Assembly: GCA_964487565.1 (NCBI GenBank)
Contig: CAZARN010000001.1
Span: forward strand, 93,536 to 157,535
DNA length: 64,000 nucleotides
Direction: 5' to 3'
Source of the DNA: an uncultured Clostridium sp.
GTDB taxonomy: Bacteria > Bacillota > Clostridia > Christensenellales > CAG-138
Part shown: positions 44,263 through 54,755 of the stretch, one piece after another
How the letters are laid out: each line of letters starts with the position of its first letter
How positions within the stretch are numbered: the stretch's first letter is position 1
The notes under the pieces: generated by a model
The model's input: only the letters and a program-made list of their open reading frames with translations
What the model was told of the DNA's origin: nothing
Databases searched by the model: none
Position numbers and translations under genes: made by a program

Positions 44263-45543
44263 TCAGCCTATGTATTCCTTGCCGCCCATATACATGCGAA
44301 GCGGCGCGGGGATGGCTATGCGGCCGTCGGAGAGGAGATTGTTCTCCAAAAAGGCGATCAGCGTGCGCGGCGGGGCGACGACGGTGTTGTTGAGCGTATG
44401 CGCGAAATAGTTGCCGCGCTCCTTGTTCTTTATGCGTATGCCGAGCCTTCGCGCCTGCGCGTCGCCGAGGTTTGAGCAGGACCCCACCTCGAAATACTTC
44501 TGCTGGCGCGGGCTCCAGGCCTCAACGTCGACGCTTTTGACCTTGAGATCGGCAAGGTCGCCCGAGCAGCACTCGAGCGTGCGCACGGGGATATCCATGG
44601 AGCGGAAGAACTCGACCGTGAAGTTCCACAGCCTGTCATACCACATCATGCTCTCCTCGGGGCGGCAGACGACGATCATCTCCTGCTTTTCAAACTGATG
44701 CACGCGGTAAACGCCGCGCTCCTCGATGCCGTGCGCGCCGACTTCCTTGCGGAAGCAAGGCGAATAGCTTGTGAGCGTGTAGGGCAGCTTTTCCTCGTCG
44801 ATGAAGGAATCGATGAAGCGGCCGATCATGGAATGCTCGCTCGTGCCTATGAGATAAAGGTCCTCGCCCTCGATCTTGTACATCATGTTTTCCATCTCGG
44901 TGAAGCTCATCACGCCAGTCACCACGTTCGAGCGGATCATGAACGGCGGGATGCAGTATGTGAAGCCGCGGTCGATCATGAAATCGCGCGCATAGGAAAG
45001 TATCGCGCTTTGCAGCCGCGCGATATCGCCCGTGAGATAATAGAAGCCGTTGCCGGCGACGCTGCGCGCGTTGTCCAGATCGATGCCGGAAAGGCGTTCC
45101 ATGATATCCGTGTGATAAGGTATTTCAAAATCGGGCACGCGGGGCTCGCCGAAACGCTCAAGCTCCACGTTTTCGGAATCGTCGTGTCCGATGGGCACCG
45201 AGGGGTCGATTATGTTGGGGATGACGAGCATACGCTTCTTTATCTCTTCTTCAAGCTCTGCTTCCTTCACCTCAAGCGCCGCCATCTCGTCGGCCATGGC
45301 TTTCACGTCGGCCTTGGCGGCTTCGGCCTCCTCGCGCTGACCCTTGGCCATGAGGCCGCCGATCTTTTTGGAGATGACGTTCCTCTGGTTCCTGAGGTAA
45401 TCCCCGCGGGTATGCGCCTCGCGGAACTGACGGTCAAGCTCCGCCACCTCGTCCACGAGGGGCAGCTTGTCGAACTGGAACTTCTTTCTGATGTTTTCGC
45501 GCACGGCGTCCGGGTCGTTGCGGATAAGCTTAATGTCTATCAT
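44263..45543 (-). CDS. serS: Serine--tRNA ligase
   Basis: The 426-aa product has a coiled-coil N-terminal arm and a class II core with motifs 1–3. Confidence 0.9.
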   Translation of the reverse strand: MIDIKLIRNDPDAVRENIRKKFQFDKLPLVDEVAELDRQFREAHTRGDYLRNQRNVISKKIGGLMAKGQREEAEAAKADVKAMADEMAALEVKEAELEEEIKKRMLVIPNIIDPSVPIGHDDSENVELERFGEPRVPDFEIPYHTDIMERLSGIDLDNARSVAGNGFYYLTGDIARLQSAILSYARDFMIDRGFTYCIPPFMIRSNVVTGVMSFTEMENMMYKIEGEDLYLIGTSEHSMIGRFIDSFIDEEKLPYTLTSYSPCFRKEVGAHGIEERGVYRVHQFEKQEMIVVCRPEESMMWYDRLWNFTVEFFRSMDIPVRTLECCSGDLADLKVKSVDVEAWSPRQQKYFEVGSCSNLGDAQARRLGIRIKNKERGNYFAHTLNNTVVAPPRTLIAFLENNLLSDGRIAIPAPLRMYMGGKEYIG

Positions 45544-45569
45544 ATAAACCTCAACTCTTCTTTTGTCGA

Positions 45570-47270
45570 TTACATCCTCTCGGGCGCTTCAAGCCCGAGC
45601 AGATACAGGCCGTTCCTGATGCTCTGCCTCGCGGCGTCCGTCAGGGCAAGACGCGCCTGACGCACCGCTGGATCGTCGTCCATTATGCGGCAGTCGAAAT
45701 AAAACTTGTTGAATGAGGAGCATATGTCGATGACCGCGCGCGCCACGAGATACGGCTCGTATTTATCCGCGGCGGCAAGCACGACGTCGGGAAGCGCGGA
45801 TATCGCCTTCACGAGCGAAAGCGCGGAAGGCTCGGCAAGCTTGTGATAATCGACGCCGGCCCTGTCGTAGCCGCCTGATTTGCGCAGCACGGAGCAGCAG
45901 CGCGCGTGCGTATACTGCGCGTAAGGGCCTGTTTCACCGTCAAAATTGAGCACCTTCGCCCAGGAGAAGGAGGTGTCCTTTATGCGGCTGTTGTACAGCA
46001 CGCCCCACATGATGGCGCCCACGCCCACCGCGCGCGCGGCGGCTTCCTTGTCGGGAAGGTCGGGGCTTTTTTCCTTTATGATCTCAAGCGTCTTCTCGAT
46101 CGAGGCGTTGAGGACGTCTTCAAGATAAACCACGTTGCCGTGGCGTGTGGAAAGCGTGCCTTCCTCCATCGAGACCATGCCGAAGTTGACATGCACGCAG
46201 TCCTTGACCCAGTCGCGTCCCATAAGCTCGAGCACCTTGAAAAACTGGCGGAAGTGCAGGTTCTGCTGATAGGCGACGACGTAAAGGGATTTGACAAAGT
46301 CGTATGTCGTTTTGCGATAGTTGGCGGCGGCAAGGTCGCGCGTCGCATAAAGGGTGGCCCCGTCGGATTTGACGATTATGCAGGGGGGCATGTCGTAAGC
46401 GGAAAGGTCCACGATCTTCGCGCCCTTGTCCTCCACGAGCAGACCCTTTATATCAAGCTCGTCGATTATGGCCTGCATCTTGTCCTCATAGAAGCTCTCG
46501 CCAGCGAAGCTGTCGAACTTGACGCCGAGAAGCTTATAAACCTCGCCGTCCTCCTTGAGGGTGAGATCCTTGAAGCGCTGCCAAAGATCGACAGCCTCCG
46601 CGTCGCCCTGCTCTATCTTGCGGAACCACGCGCGGGCTTCGGCGTCGAGGGTGTTGCCGTCGTCCTTTTCCGCCTCTTCATGGAAGCGGACGTAAAGCCG
46701 CACCAGCTCGCGCACGGTGCTCTCTTCAACGGGCTTGTTGTTGCCCCATTTTTTGTATGCGACAATCATCTTGCCGAACTGCGTACCCCAGTCGCCCAAA
46801 TGGTTGATGGCGATCGTGTGATAGCCAAGCGCCTGATATATCCTGTTGAGGGAGTTGCCGATGGCGGTGCTCGGCAGATGCCCTATATGGAAAGGCTTGG
46901 CGATGTTGATGGATGAAAACTCCACGCACACGTTTTTGCCGTGGCCGACGTCCGTATTGCCGTAAGCATTTCCTTCGTCGAGCACGCGCTCGACGGTCGC
47001 GCCGCAAAGGGATGCGTTGTCGGCGAAGAAATTGAGGTAACCCCCGGCGACCTCCGCGCGGTCTATCCCGGCAGGCAGAACGAGCTTGCCGTGAAGCTCC
47101 GCTGCGATCGCGGGCGGTGCCTTGCGCAGCGCCTTTGCAAGCCTGAAGCACGGGAAGGCATAATCGCCCATGGCGCTGTCCTTGGGTATCTCGATGTATC
47201 CGAGCAGTTCGTTTTCGTCAATGCCGGCCGCGTCCGACAGGCTTTTTGCGATGAGTTGTTTTGCGTCCAT
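45570..47270 (-). CDS. argS: Arginine--tRNA ligase
   Basis: The 566-aa product has a class I HIGH motif (PFHIGHLPSTAIGNS) and a C-terminal DALR anticodon-binding domain. Confidence 0.9.
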   Translation of the reverse strand: MDAKQLIAKSLSDAAGIDENELLGYIEIPKDSAMGDYAFPCFRLAKALRKAPPAIAAELHGKLVLPAGIDRAEVAGGYLNFFADNASLCGATVERVLDEGNAYGNTDVGHGKNVCVEFSSINIAKPFHIGHLPSTAIGNSLNRIYQALGYHTIAINHLGDWGTQFGKMIVAYKKWGNNKPVEESTVRELVRLYVRFHEEAEKDDGNTLDAEARAWFRKIEQGDAEAVDLWQRFKDLTLKEDGEVYKLLGVKFDSFAGESFYEDKMQAIIDELDIKGLLVEDKGAKIVDLSAYDMPPCIIVKSDGATLYATRDLAAANYRKTTYDFVKSLYVVAYQQNLHFRQFFKVLELMGRDWVKDCVHVNFGMVSMEEGTLSTRHGNVVYLEDVLNASIEKTLEIIKEKSPDLPDKEAAARAVGVGAIMWGVLYNSRIKDTSFSWAKVLNFDGETGPYAQYTHARCCSVLRKSGGYDRAGVDYHKLAEPSALSLVKAISALPDVVLAAADKYEPYLVARAVIDICSSFNKFYFDCRIMDDDPAVRQARLALTDAARQSIRNGLYLLGLEAPERM

Positions 47271-47360
47271 TGCGTTTCTCCCATATGTAAAATTAAATTT
47301 GTTTCGCCTGAAATCCTAATATACCATATTATCGCGTAAAAGTTAAGGCGTTTCGGCGTT

Positions 47361-48107
47361 TCATATCAGGCCTATCACGCATGACACCGTGGATATCGTG
47401 CCGCCCGCAAGCAAAATGACGTAAATGAGCTTGCGGAAGGCCGTGTTGTCGATGCGCCTGTGCAGGAACATGCCCAACAGTATGCCGGCGATCAGCAGCG
47501 GCAGGCATGTCGCCGCGCGCACGAAGGTATCCGCCGTGTATATGTCAAGCAGCAGCAGCCGCAGTACCAGCGCAAGGGAGTTGACCGTGAACCAAAGCGC
47601 GCTCATCGTTGCGCGGAAAGCGCTCTTGTCCTTTATTTTTTCGCTTGTGTAAAGCACGATGAGCGGCCCGCCGGCGGAGAACATCCCCTGCGTCAGCGCG
47701 CCGAGCGCCAGCGCCGCATACCGGCCGAAGCCGCCAAGCGAAGGCGGCTCCGTCTTTTTCACATACCAGTACCACACGCCGCGCGCGCCGACAAAAATGA
47801 TCGTCGCGCCGAGGATCAGCTTGAGCGCCGCCTCATACGGCGAAAGCGCCCCGTAAAGGATTATGCCCACCGGGATGAAGGGCAAAACGCAAAGCGTGAC
47901 CTTGACGTATTCCTTCCAGTTGACGTCCTTTATGTGCGAGAAGAAGATTATCCCGCCCGAAACGAAGGAGTTGACGGCGAGGAGAGCCACCGCGCCCGCG
48001 GTGCCGATGGCCATGGAGAGGAACGGTATCGCCATGACGGTTGAGCCGAAGCCTGCAAGCCCTTCGATGGTCTGGGCAAAAAAGGTGAGTATATAATACC
48101 AGATCAC
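47361..48107 (-). CDS. Sulfite exporter TauE/SafE family membrane protein
   Basis: The 248-aa product has about eight TM segments and TauE-type internal repeats. Confidence 0.7.
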   Translation of the reverse strand: MIWYYILTFFAQTIEGLAGFGSTVMAIPFLSMAIGTAGAVALLAVNSFVSGGIIFFSHIKDVNWKEYVKVTLCVLPFIPVGIILYGALSPYEAALKLILGATIIFVGARGVWYWYVKKTEPPSLGGFGRYAALALGALTQGMFSAGGPLIVLYTSEKIKDKSAFRATMSALWFTVNSLALVLRLLLLDIYTADTFVRAATCLPLLIAGILLGMFLHRRIDNTAFRKLIYVILLAGGTISTVSCVIGLI

Positions 48108-49405
48108 AGCCTTGTCGCCTCATACTGCGCGCGGACGTCCTCCGGCACGAGCCTTCCTCCGGTGAGCCACGCGATATGCGCGGAATTTTCCATTTTGTCC
48201 GAAAGACCGTGCGCGACAAGGTAATCATGCCCTTCGGGGAAGGTGAAAAGCCCGTCGGGGCCTGCGAACGCGGCGCAGGAGGAAGGCTCGGCGAAGATCC
48301 CCTCGGACGCCTTGAGCGCGCGCATATAATCATAAAGCGCGGCGTCGGTCAGGGTGAATTCGCCTGAAAGCAGGCCTTCCATCACATGCCCGACAAAGCT
48401 TGAGGCGCGGCCGACAGCGAGCCCGTCCGCGTGGGTCTTGCCGGAAAGGCCGATATCGGCGACGCATATTTTGCTGTGCAGTCCCGTCGCCATGCCAAGC
48501 GCCATGCAGGGCGCCTCGACAGGCTCGATGAAGAAGATATGCACGTTATCGCCGTAGATGAGCTTGAAACCGAAGGCCACGCCGCCGGGACCTCCGCCCA
48601 CGCCGCAGGGCAGATACACAAAAAGCGGATGATCCGCGTCAACGCTCACGCCCCTGGCGGCAAGCTGCGCCGCCGTGCGCTTTGCAGCCACTGCGTAGCC
48701 CATGAAAAGATCGCGCGAATTTTCGTCGTCGACAAAATAACTCATCGGGTCCGCGTCGGAGCGCTTTCGCCCTTCTACCACGGCCGCAGAATAATCCGTC
48801 GCGTATTCAATGACGCTCACGCCCTTCGCGCGCAGCAGATCCTTTTTCCACTGACGCGCGTCCGCGCTCATGTGTACCGTCACCTTGAAGCCGAGCGCCG
48901 CGCTCATGATGCCTATGGAAAGGCCGAGGTTGCCGGTCGAGGCCACCTGCATGGTATAGCGTGAGAAAAACGCGCGCGCCTCAGGCGTGTCAAAAAAGGT
49001 ATAATCGCTTTGCGGGGTTATGAGGCCGTTTTCAAGCGCGAGCGTTTCCGCGTGCTTCAAAACCGCATATATGCCTCCGCGCGCCTTGATGGAACCGGCG
49101 ACAGGCAGATCGCAGTCGAGCTTTGCATAAAGCGAGCCGCGAAAATCGCCGCAGAGCCGCGCCTTCATGCCCGGGATAAACGCAAGCCCGGATTCGATGA
49201 TGCCGCCGTCCTTCACGGTTTCAGGGAAGCGGCTGGCGATGAACGGGGCGAAGCGGATAAGCCGCGCCTCCGCTTCCTCAACATCGGCGGCCGATATGTC
49301 AAGGCGCGAGAGCGCGCCTTGGGCACAGGTATATTTGGAATTGAGCCACGCCATGGGGCGGGCGCAGGCAAGCGATTTTACGACGGGATCGTCGGTGAAC
49401 GCCAA
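48104..49405 (-). CDS. dsdA: D-serine ammonia-lyase
   Basis: The 433-aa PLP-dependent enzyme has the GSIKARGG lysine motif and a DsdA-like N-terminus. Confidence 0.8.
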   Translation of the reverse strand: MAFTDDPVVKSLACARPMAWLNSKYTCAQGALSRLDISAADVEEAEARLIRFAPFIASRFPETVKDGGIIESGLAFIPGMKARLCGDFRGSLYAKLDCDLPVAGSIKARGGIYAVLKHAETLALENGLITPQSDYTFFDTPEARAFFSRYTMQVASTGNLGLSIGIMSAALGFKVTVHMSADARQWKKDLLRAKGVSVIEYATDYSAAVVEGRKRSDADPMSYFVDDENSRDLFMGYAVAAKRTAAQLAARGVSVDADHPLFVYLPCGVGGGPGGVAFGFKLIYGDNVHIFFIEPVEAPCMALGMATGLHSKICVADIGLSGKTHADGLAVGRASSFVGHVMEGLLSGEFTLTDAALYDYMRALKASEGIFAEPSSCAAFAGPDGLFTFPEGHDYLVAHGLSDKMENSAHIAWLTGGRLVPEDVRAQYEATRL

Positions 49406-49506
49406 TGAAGGATCCTCCTTAACGTATTTCCTTCATATTGTACAGCCCGTATTTGGTATTCGCAACAAAAAACGACCGTAAACGCTGATGTTATGCGGCG
49501 CGATAT

Positions 49507-50316
49507 GTGGTATATTGTCATAAAAAAGCGCGCGCAGGCGCGCAGGCGGAGGCTGACGTGCAGATCGAAACGGAAAGGCTCATATTGCGTCCGTGGAAGG
49601 GGGAGGACGCGGAGGAACTTTATAAATACGCAAAAGACCCGCGGGTAGGCCCCCGCGCGGGCTGGCCGCCGCACACGGATGTTGAGGACAGCGCGCGGAT
49701 AATCGCCGGCGTGCTTTCGGAGCCTGAAACATATGCCGTGGTTTTGAAGCAGACCGGCAAGCCGGTTGGCAGCGTCGGCATAATGATGGGCAGCGGGCGC
49801 AGCGGCTGCTCAAAGGACGACGAGGCAGAGCTTGGCGCGTGGATCGGCGTGCCTTACTGGGGCATGGGCCTTATCCCGGAAGCGCTGAACGCGCTTTTGC
49901 GGCGCTGTTTCACGGAGCTTGACTGCAGCGGCGTGTGGTGCGGTTATCACGAGGGCAATTTCAGGTCGCGCCGCATACAGGAAAAATGCGGCTTCACATA
50001 CCATCACTGCGAGGAAAGGGAAACCCCGGGCGAGGATGGATCCCGCGCCACGCATTATACCTATCAAAGCCGCGCGCAATGGGAAGGGAACGACGGTTTC
50101 CACCCGGGCATATACAGGCACTTCAAGGGCAAGGAATACGAGTTGCTATACACTGCGACGGATTCCGAAACGCGGGAGGAGGTCGTCGTTTACCGCGCGC
50201 TTTACGGCGAATGCGGCGTATGGGTGCGCCCCAAACGGATGTGGAACGAAACCGTCGAACGCGACGGGCAAAGCTACAGGCGCTTCACCTATATCAAAGC
50301 GTCGGCGCGGCGGTAA
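49507..50316 (+). CDS. GNAT family N-acetyltransferase fused to a DUF1653-like C-terminal domain
   Basis: The N-terminus has a RimJ/RimL-like acetyltransferase fold (LILRPW..., GSVGIM..., WIGVPYWGMG). The C-terminus reads YRHFKGKEYELLYTATDSETREEVVVYRALYGECGVWVRP. The true start may be the GTG at 49558, which has a GGAGG Shine-Dalgarno sequence. Confidence 0.55.
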   Translation: MVYCHKKARAGAQAEADVQIETERLILRPWKGEDAEELYKYAKDPRVGPRAGWPPHTDVEDSARIIAGVLSEPETYAVVLKQTGKPVGSVGIMMGSGRSGCSKDDEAELGAWIGVPYWGMGLIPEALNALLRRCFTELDCSGVWCGYHEGNFRSRRIQEKCGFTYHHCEERETPGEDGSRATHYTYQSRAQWEGNDGFHPGIYRHFKGKEYELLYTATDSETREEVVVYRALYGECGVWVRPKRMWNETVERDGQSYRRFTYIKASARR

Positions 50317-50334
50317 GGCGTGCTTTCGCGCCGC

Positions 50335-51915
50335 TCATCCGCCGAAGATGAAGCGGTCGTCCTTTATCGTCGCGCAAACCCTGATATCGCGTATGCGTTC
50401 CGGCGCGCACGCCGTGGGATCGTCTTCAAGCAGGACGAAATCAGCGTTTTTCCCAGGCGCGATGCTGCCCTTGCGGTCCTCTTCGAAATATTGATAGGCG
50501 GCGTTTGCCGTCACCGCCCGAAGCGCCTCATATGCGCTTATGCGCTCCTCGGCGCCGAGCAGCGTTCCGCTTTGCGTGACGCGGTTGACGGCGCACCACA
50601 CGCTCAGGAGCATATCGGGCTCCGTCACGGGCGTATCCTGATGGAAGGTGAAGCGTATGCCGGCTTGGAGCGCGGACGCGGCCGGACTGATGCGCCGCGC
50701 GCGCTCCATGCCGAAGTTCCTGACGTGCGCGTCCCCCCAGCGGAATATATGGCCGGGGAAAAAGGAAAGGATTATGCCCGCGCGCTTTACGTCTTCAAGC
50801 TGATCGGGGGCGAGAAGCTGCGCATGTATCATCACGGGGCGCAGCGCGTGCACGTCGCCGCGGGCGCCAGCGCTCACGGCCATGCGTATGAACTGCTCCG
50901 CCGCGGCGTCGCCGTTGCAGTGCGCAAGAAGCTGCATATCGCGCCTGAGCGCCTCGTCGAAAGCCGCCGACACTTCAGCGTCGGTCATCGTCGGGTACCC
51001 GCGATAATTGGCGTCCCCGCCCTCATACGGCGCTCTCATCCATGCCGTGCGCGCCTGCGGCGAACCGTCCAGAAATATCTTCAACCCGCCGATGCGAAGG
51101 CGACCGTCATATCCCCCGCAGGCCTTTGGAAACGCATCGGTGAAAGCCTTTGCGTCCTTAACGGAGGGATACGCCACAAGATCAAGATACAGCGCTTTTT
51201 CTTCAATGAGCTTTTGATATGAAGGTATCATTTCTTCGACCGCCATGCCTTCCTGGATGGTGGTTATGCCGTGGGCGGCATACGAGGCCTGCGCTTTCGC
51301 ATACGCCGCCGCGAGCGCGGCGGGGTCCGGCCCCGGAACCTTTCTTATGTATTCAAAAAAGGCGTTCTCCTCAACATAGCCTGTCAGGCGGCCGTCGCTC
51401 ACGCCTATCTGTCCCCCTTCGGGCGCAGGCGTTTCAGGCGTTATACCAAGGCTTTTTTGCGCGGCGGTGTTCATTACGCCGGCATGGCCGGAGGCATGCC
51501 TTATGAAAAGCGGATTGCGAGGTGCGCAGGCGTCAAGGAGCTCAAGCGTCGGGTGGCGCGCCTCCTGAAGCGAGTTATTGTCATAGCCTTCGGCGATCAC
51601 CCATTCGCCGGGCTTTATCGCGTTATCCTCAATGAATGCGCGTACGCTATCGCCGATAGCCGCGAAGCTTTTCGCATGCGTGAGCTGCAGGTGCAAAAAC
51701 GAGCTTGCATACGATGAAAAATGGCCGTGCGAGTCTATGAACGCCGGCAGCATCACCGCGCCGCAAAGGTCTACGCGCTGCGCGGAGGCGGAGCTTCGGC
51801 GCAGCTCCTCCCTTGTGCCGAGGCGCAGTATCTTTCCGTTTTCGGTGAGCACCGCCTCCGCCGTGCCGTGCGCGTCCATCGTGATCACCCTGCCGCCCTC
51901 ATACAGTTTTTTCAT
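50335..51915 (-). CDS. Amidohydrolase family protein (amidohydrolase 3 / metal-dependent hydrolase)
   Basis: The 526-aa product has an LPAFIDSHGHF metal-binding motif. Confidence 0.75.
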   Translation of the reverse strand: MKKLYEGGRVITMDAHGTAEAVLTENGKILRLGTREELRRSSASAQRVDLCGAVMLPAFIDSHGHFSSYASSFLHLQLTHAKSFAAIGDSVRAFIEDNAIKPGEWVIAEGYDNNSLQEARHPTLELLDACAPRNPLFIRHASGHAGVMNTAAQKSLGITPETPAPEGGQIGVSDGRLTGYVEENAFFEYIRKVPGPDPAALAAAYAKAQASYAAHGITTIQEGMAVEEMIPSYQKLIEEKALYLDLVAYPSVKDAKAFTDAFPKACGGYDGRLRIGGLKIFLDGSPQARTAWMRAPYEGGDANYRGYPTMTDAEVSAAFDEALRRDMQLLAHCNGDAAAEQFIRMAVSAGARGDVHALRPVMIHAQLLAPDQLEDVKRAGIILSFFPGHIFRWGDAHVRNFGMERARRISPAASALQAGIRFTFHQDTPVTEPDMLLSVWCAVNRVTQSGTLLGAEERISAYEALRAVTANAAYQYFEEDRKGSIAPGKNADFVLLEDDPTACAPERIRDIRVCATIKDDRFIFGG

Positions 51916-52004
51916 GGCATTCTCCTTTCGTGTTCCGGTTTAGTATGGCGCAACGGATAATAAAAATACCCGAAAACGGCGTTGCGCCGCAGAGAAGGGG
52001 AAGC

Positions 52005-52036
52005 AAAAAGCGCCGGTTCGAAGGCCGGCGCTTTTC
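52005..52036 (-). terminator. Rho-independent terminator at the end of the LacI-associated cluster
   Basis: The hairpin GCGCCGG-TTCGAAGG-CCGGCGC lies directly after the kinase stop codon and is flanked by an A/T tract. Confidence 0.5.
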
Positions 52037-52038
52037 GC

Positions 52039-53664
52039 TCAAAGTTTGCCAAGCGCACCGCCGGGATGACGTTTGACGTATTCGGCGGCGTCCCAGCCCA
52101 CGACGGTCTGGGTTATCACGCTCAGCGCCTGAAGCACCATCGTTTCCGCCAGTATGGACGCCCTCGGCGCACGGCCGAGCGGGCCGCCCTCGCGCGAAAC
52201 ACGGGCGATGAGATGCACGCTCGAATGCTGCGCAAGATAGGACGAAGCGCTGCCTGAAACGCCGATGACCGTGCAGCCGTTGTTTATCACCGCCTGAAGG
52301 CAGGTCTTCATCTCCGCGGTTTCGCCGCTGTTGGAAATGAATATCACGACATCACCCTGCACGAGCTGACCGCAGGAGCCGTGGACGGCCTCAGTGCCGT
52401 GCAGGTAATATGTCGGCACGCCGGTCGATGAGAACAGCGACGCCGCGTATGCGGCGATATGCGCGGGCTTGCCGATGCCCGTCACATGTATTCTGTTGCC
52501 GCGGCTGCGCGCCTGCAAAATAAGCTCCGCCGCCGCAAAAAGGCCGCCGCGCTCGTATGAGCCGAAAAATGCGCCGGTCTCCTGCGTGACGGTTTCCATA
52601 TATGCGTCGAGCGCTTTTTCGGGCGTCGCTTTATTTGCGCCCGAGGAGTTCGGGTATTCGGTGAGCGCGCGCAGCGCGGACGTATCGACGGAAACGCCGT
52701 GCGCGTCAAGCGACGCGAGCACATCCGAAAGACGCGGCAGGCTTGGCTGCGCGCCTATGCCGCCGACTGTGATCGCCGCCGTGTGGCAGGCGATATTAAG
52801 GGCATCCTCATCGGAATACCCGAGCGTGTGCGCGGTGCAGAACGCGCCGACGAACGAATCGCCGGCCGCCGTCGGGTCGGCGACGGAGACGCCTTTCGCC
52901 GCGGGGCGGTATACGGCGCCCTCCGATGAAATGCAGGCCGCCCCGTTGCCGCCGAGGGTGAGGATCAGCTTGCGTATATGCTTTTCGGCCGCGATGCGCG
53001 CGATGCTTTGCGCGTCGGCCTGTTCAATGCCGTTTTCGCCCACCGCCGCGCAGAAGCCGAGCATGCTTTGGGCTTCCGTCTCGTTGGGGGAGATGTATTC
53101 AACGCAGGAAAGCATGGTATCGCTCAGCGTGGAATACGGCGCGGGGTTGAGCATCACCGGCACGCCGCATTTTGCGGCATAGCCTGCGACGGCTTCGTTG
53201 ACGTCCATGGGGATCTCGAGCTGAAGCAGCACCATGTCGTAGGATGCAATCGTTTCTTCAAGGAAAGCGACGTCCGCGCGCGTAAGGCGCATGTTCGCGC
53301 CGGGGGCTACTATTATGCGGTTGTTGAGCGTGCCGTCCGGCTGCTTCGCGAGCACGATGTTGCCGACCGCGGACGAACAGCTGTCCGTAACATAAACATG
53401 GGAAACGTCAATCCGTTCGCGGATGAGGGACTGGAGCAGGGCGCGGCCGAAGGCGTCGTCGCCGACGCGGCCGACCATCGTGACCTCCGCGCCGAGGCGC
53501 GCGGCCTGTACGGCCTGATTTGCGCCCTTGCCGCCGGGCGCAGTCGTGAAGTTTTCACCTGTGACGGTCTCGCCCGTTGCCGGCATGCGGCCTGTTGTGA
53601 CGATGAGATCCATCACAAGGCTTCCGACGACAAGAAGACGGGGTTTCCTGCAAATCGATTTCAT
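52039..53664 (-). CDS. Bifunctional-type fusion of a PfkB-family sugar kinase (ribokinase-like) N-terminal domain and a SIS (sugar isomerase, KpsF/GmhA-like) C-terminal domain
   Basis: Residues 1–310 have the ribokinase signatures (PGGKGANQAV...; AAGDSFVGAF). Residues 330–541 form a SIS domain (HVTGIGKPAHIAAYAASLFSSTGVPTYYLHGTEAVHGSCGQL...VIFISNSGETAEMK). Confidence 0.7.
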   Translation of the reverse strand: MKSICRKPRLLVVGSLVMDLIVTTGRMPATGETVTGENFTTAPGGKGANQAVQAARLGAEVTMVGRVGDDAFGRALLQSLIRERIDVSHVYVTDSCSSAVGNIVLAKQPDGTLNNRIIVAPGANMRLTRADVAFLEETIASYDMVLLQLEIPMDVNEAVAGYAAKCGVPVMLNPAPYSTLSDTMLSCVEYISPNETEAQSMLGFCAAVGENGIEQADAQSIARIAAEKHIRKLILTLGGNGAACISSEGAVYRPAAKGVSVADPTAAGDSFVGAFCTAHTLGYSDEDALNIACHTAAITVGGIGAQPSLPRLSDVLASLDAHGVSVDTSALRALTEYPNSSGANKATPEKALDAYMETVTQETGAFFGSYERGGLFAAAELILQARSRGNRIHVTGIGKPAHIAAYAASLFSSTGVPTYYLHGTEAVHGSCGQLVQGDVVIFISNSGETAEMKTCLQAVINNGCTVIGVSGSASSYLAQHSSVHLIARVSREGGPLGRAPRASILAETMVLQALSVITQTVVGWDAAEYVKRHPGGALGKL

Positions 53665-54740
53665 ATATTCTCCAAACTGAATGCATCGGGCAGCGCGGGG
53701 AGCGGGTTGGACGGGAGCGTCTGATACCAGAACGCAACGCTTGAAAAGTCGTCGCTGCGCACAAGATAAGTCCTTCCGTTTCTCCGCCAGCCGAGATCCT
53801 GTATAGTGACGTTTATGTTCTCTTCAAAACGGATGGGATCGGGGATGTGCAAGCGGTACATCGCAAACCGCTGCTGCACATCCTCGCCACCCGCAGGCTC
53901 ATGGATCTGATGCACGCCGCTGTACATATGGGAATAAGGCGTGTAGCGCCCGTTCACATCCCAGCCGAACGCGCCGCCGAAATAATCCTCGGTGCCTGTG
54001 CCGCAAACTGTGGGGTGTTCGTCGCCGTCAATCCTGAATTTGACCTCGCCCTCGCCCCACCAGAGATTCTGTCCGTTGATGCCGACATGGAGCATCGTGC
54101 CGACATACTGGCCGCGTCCGCTCACGTTGTCCAGTATCGTATGCACGCCGTCCCTGACGGGATTTGATCTGCGAAAGCACGCATGGAAATAACCCTCGTC
54201 CTCATCGATGCGGCAAAGCTCATAATTGATCTGATAATAGAAATTTACGCTTTTCTCGCCGCGGTTCTCAAGCGTGATCGCGCAGCTTTTGCCGAAAGGC
54301 ATCGGCCAGTAACTGTTGAAGCCGTGGATGGGGCAGACGGATATCATTGCGGAATCGACCGGCGCGAACTGGGGCTGTACCTTGCTGAGCCCACCGTGCC
54401 AGCCGCAGCCGAAGAAATCCGAAAGGGGACATTCGACGCTTGGATGATCCTGACCGTCCCAGTATATGCGAAGGATATAATCCCGCCCGACGGCGCCGGT
54501 GAACCACATGGACTGTATACGGCCGGGGCCTGCAATGCGGGCAAGGTCGGCCGTCTGACCGGGCGCTATGCTTATGCTCGGCGAAAGTTTCCAACCGACG
54601 CCGAGCCCGGCCTCGTCCGCACAGCGTTTTGCGGTGCCTTCAAGGGCCATCGCGCCGCGGCCTTTTTCGCCGTTGAAATTTTCCGGCGAAATGGAGCGGC
54701 TCTTTGCGCCCGTTATCATTGAGATGTCGCTTGTGTGCAT
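53661..54740 (-). CDS. DUF2961 / GH172-like family protein
   Basis: The 359-aa product has jelly-roll-type motifs (GEGEVKFRIDGDEHPTVCGTGTEDYFGGAFGW) recalled for DUF2961. It overlaps the kinase gene by 4 nt. Confidence 0.5.
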   Translation of the reverse strand: MHTSDISMITGAKSRSISPENFNGEKGRGAMALEGTAKRCADEAGLGVGWKLSPSISIAPGQTADLARIAGPGRIQSMWFTGAVGRDYILRIYWDGQDHPSVECPLSDFFGCGWHGGLSKVQPQFAPVDSAMISVCPIHGFNSYWPMPFGKSCAITLENRGEKSVNFYYQINYELCRIDEDEGYFHACFRRSNPVRDGVHTILDNVSGRGQYVGTMLHVGINGQNLWWGEGEVKFRIDGDEHPTVCGTGTEDYFGGAFGWDVNGRYTPYSHMYSGVHQIHEPAGGEDVQQRFAMYRLHIPDPIRFEENINVTIQDLGWRRNGRTYLVRSDDFSSVAFWYQTLPSNPLPALPDAFSLENI

Positions 54741-54755
54741 AAAGCGCAGCCTTTC

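Noticed and set aside
44698-46916. Long plus-strand ORFs (44698..45660 and 45906..46916)
   Set aside because: They are antisense to serS and argS.
47271-47360. A T-box riboswitch expected upstream of argS/serS
   Set aside because: Only about 90 nt are available upstream of argS, and 26 nt lie between argS and serS. This is too short for a T-box leader of 200–300 nt. No specifier/T-box (AATTAGGGTGGNACCGCG-like) sequence was seen.
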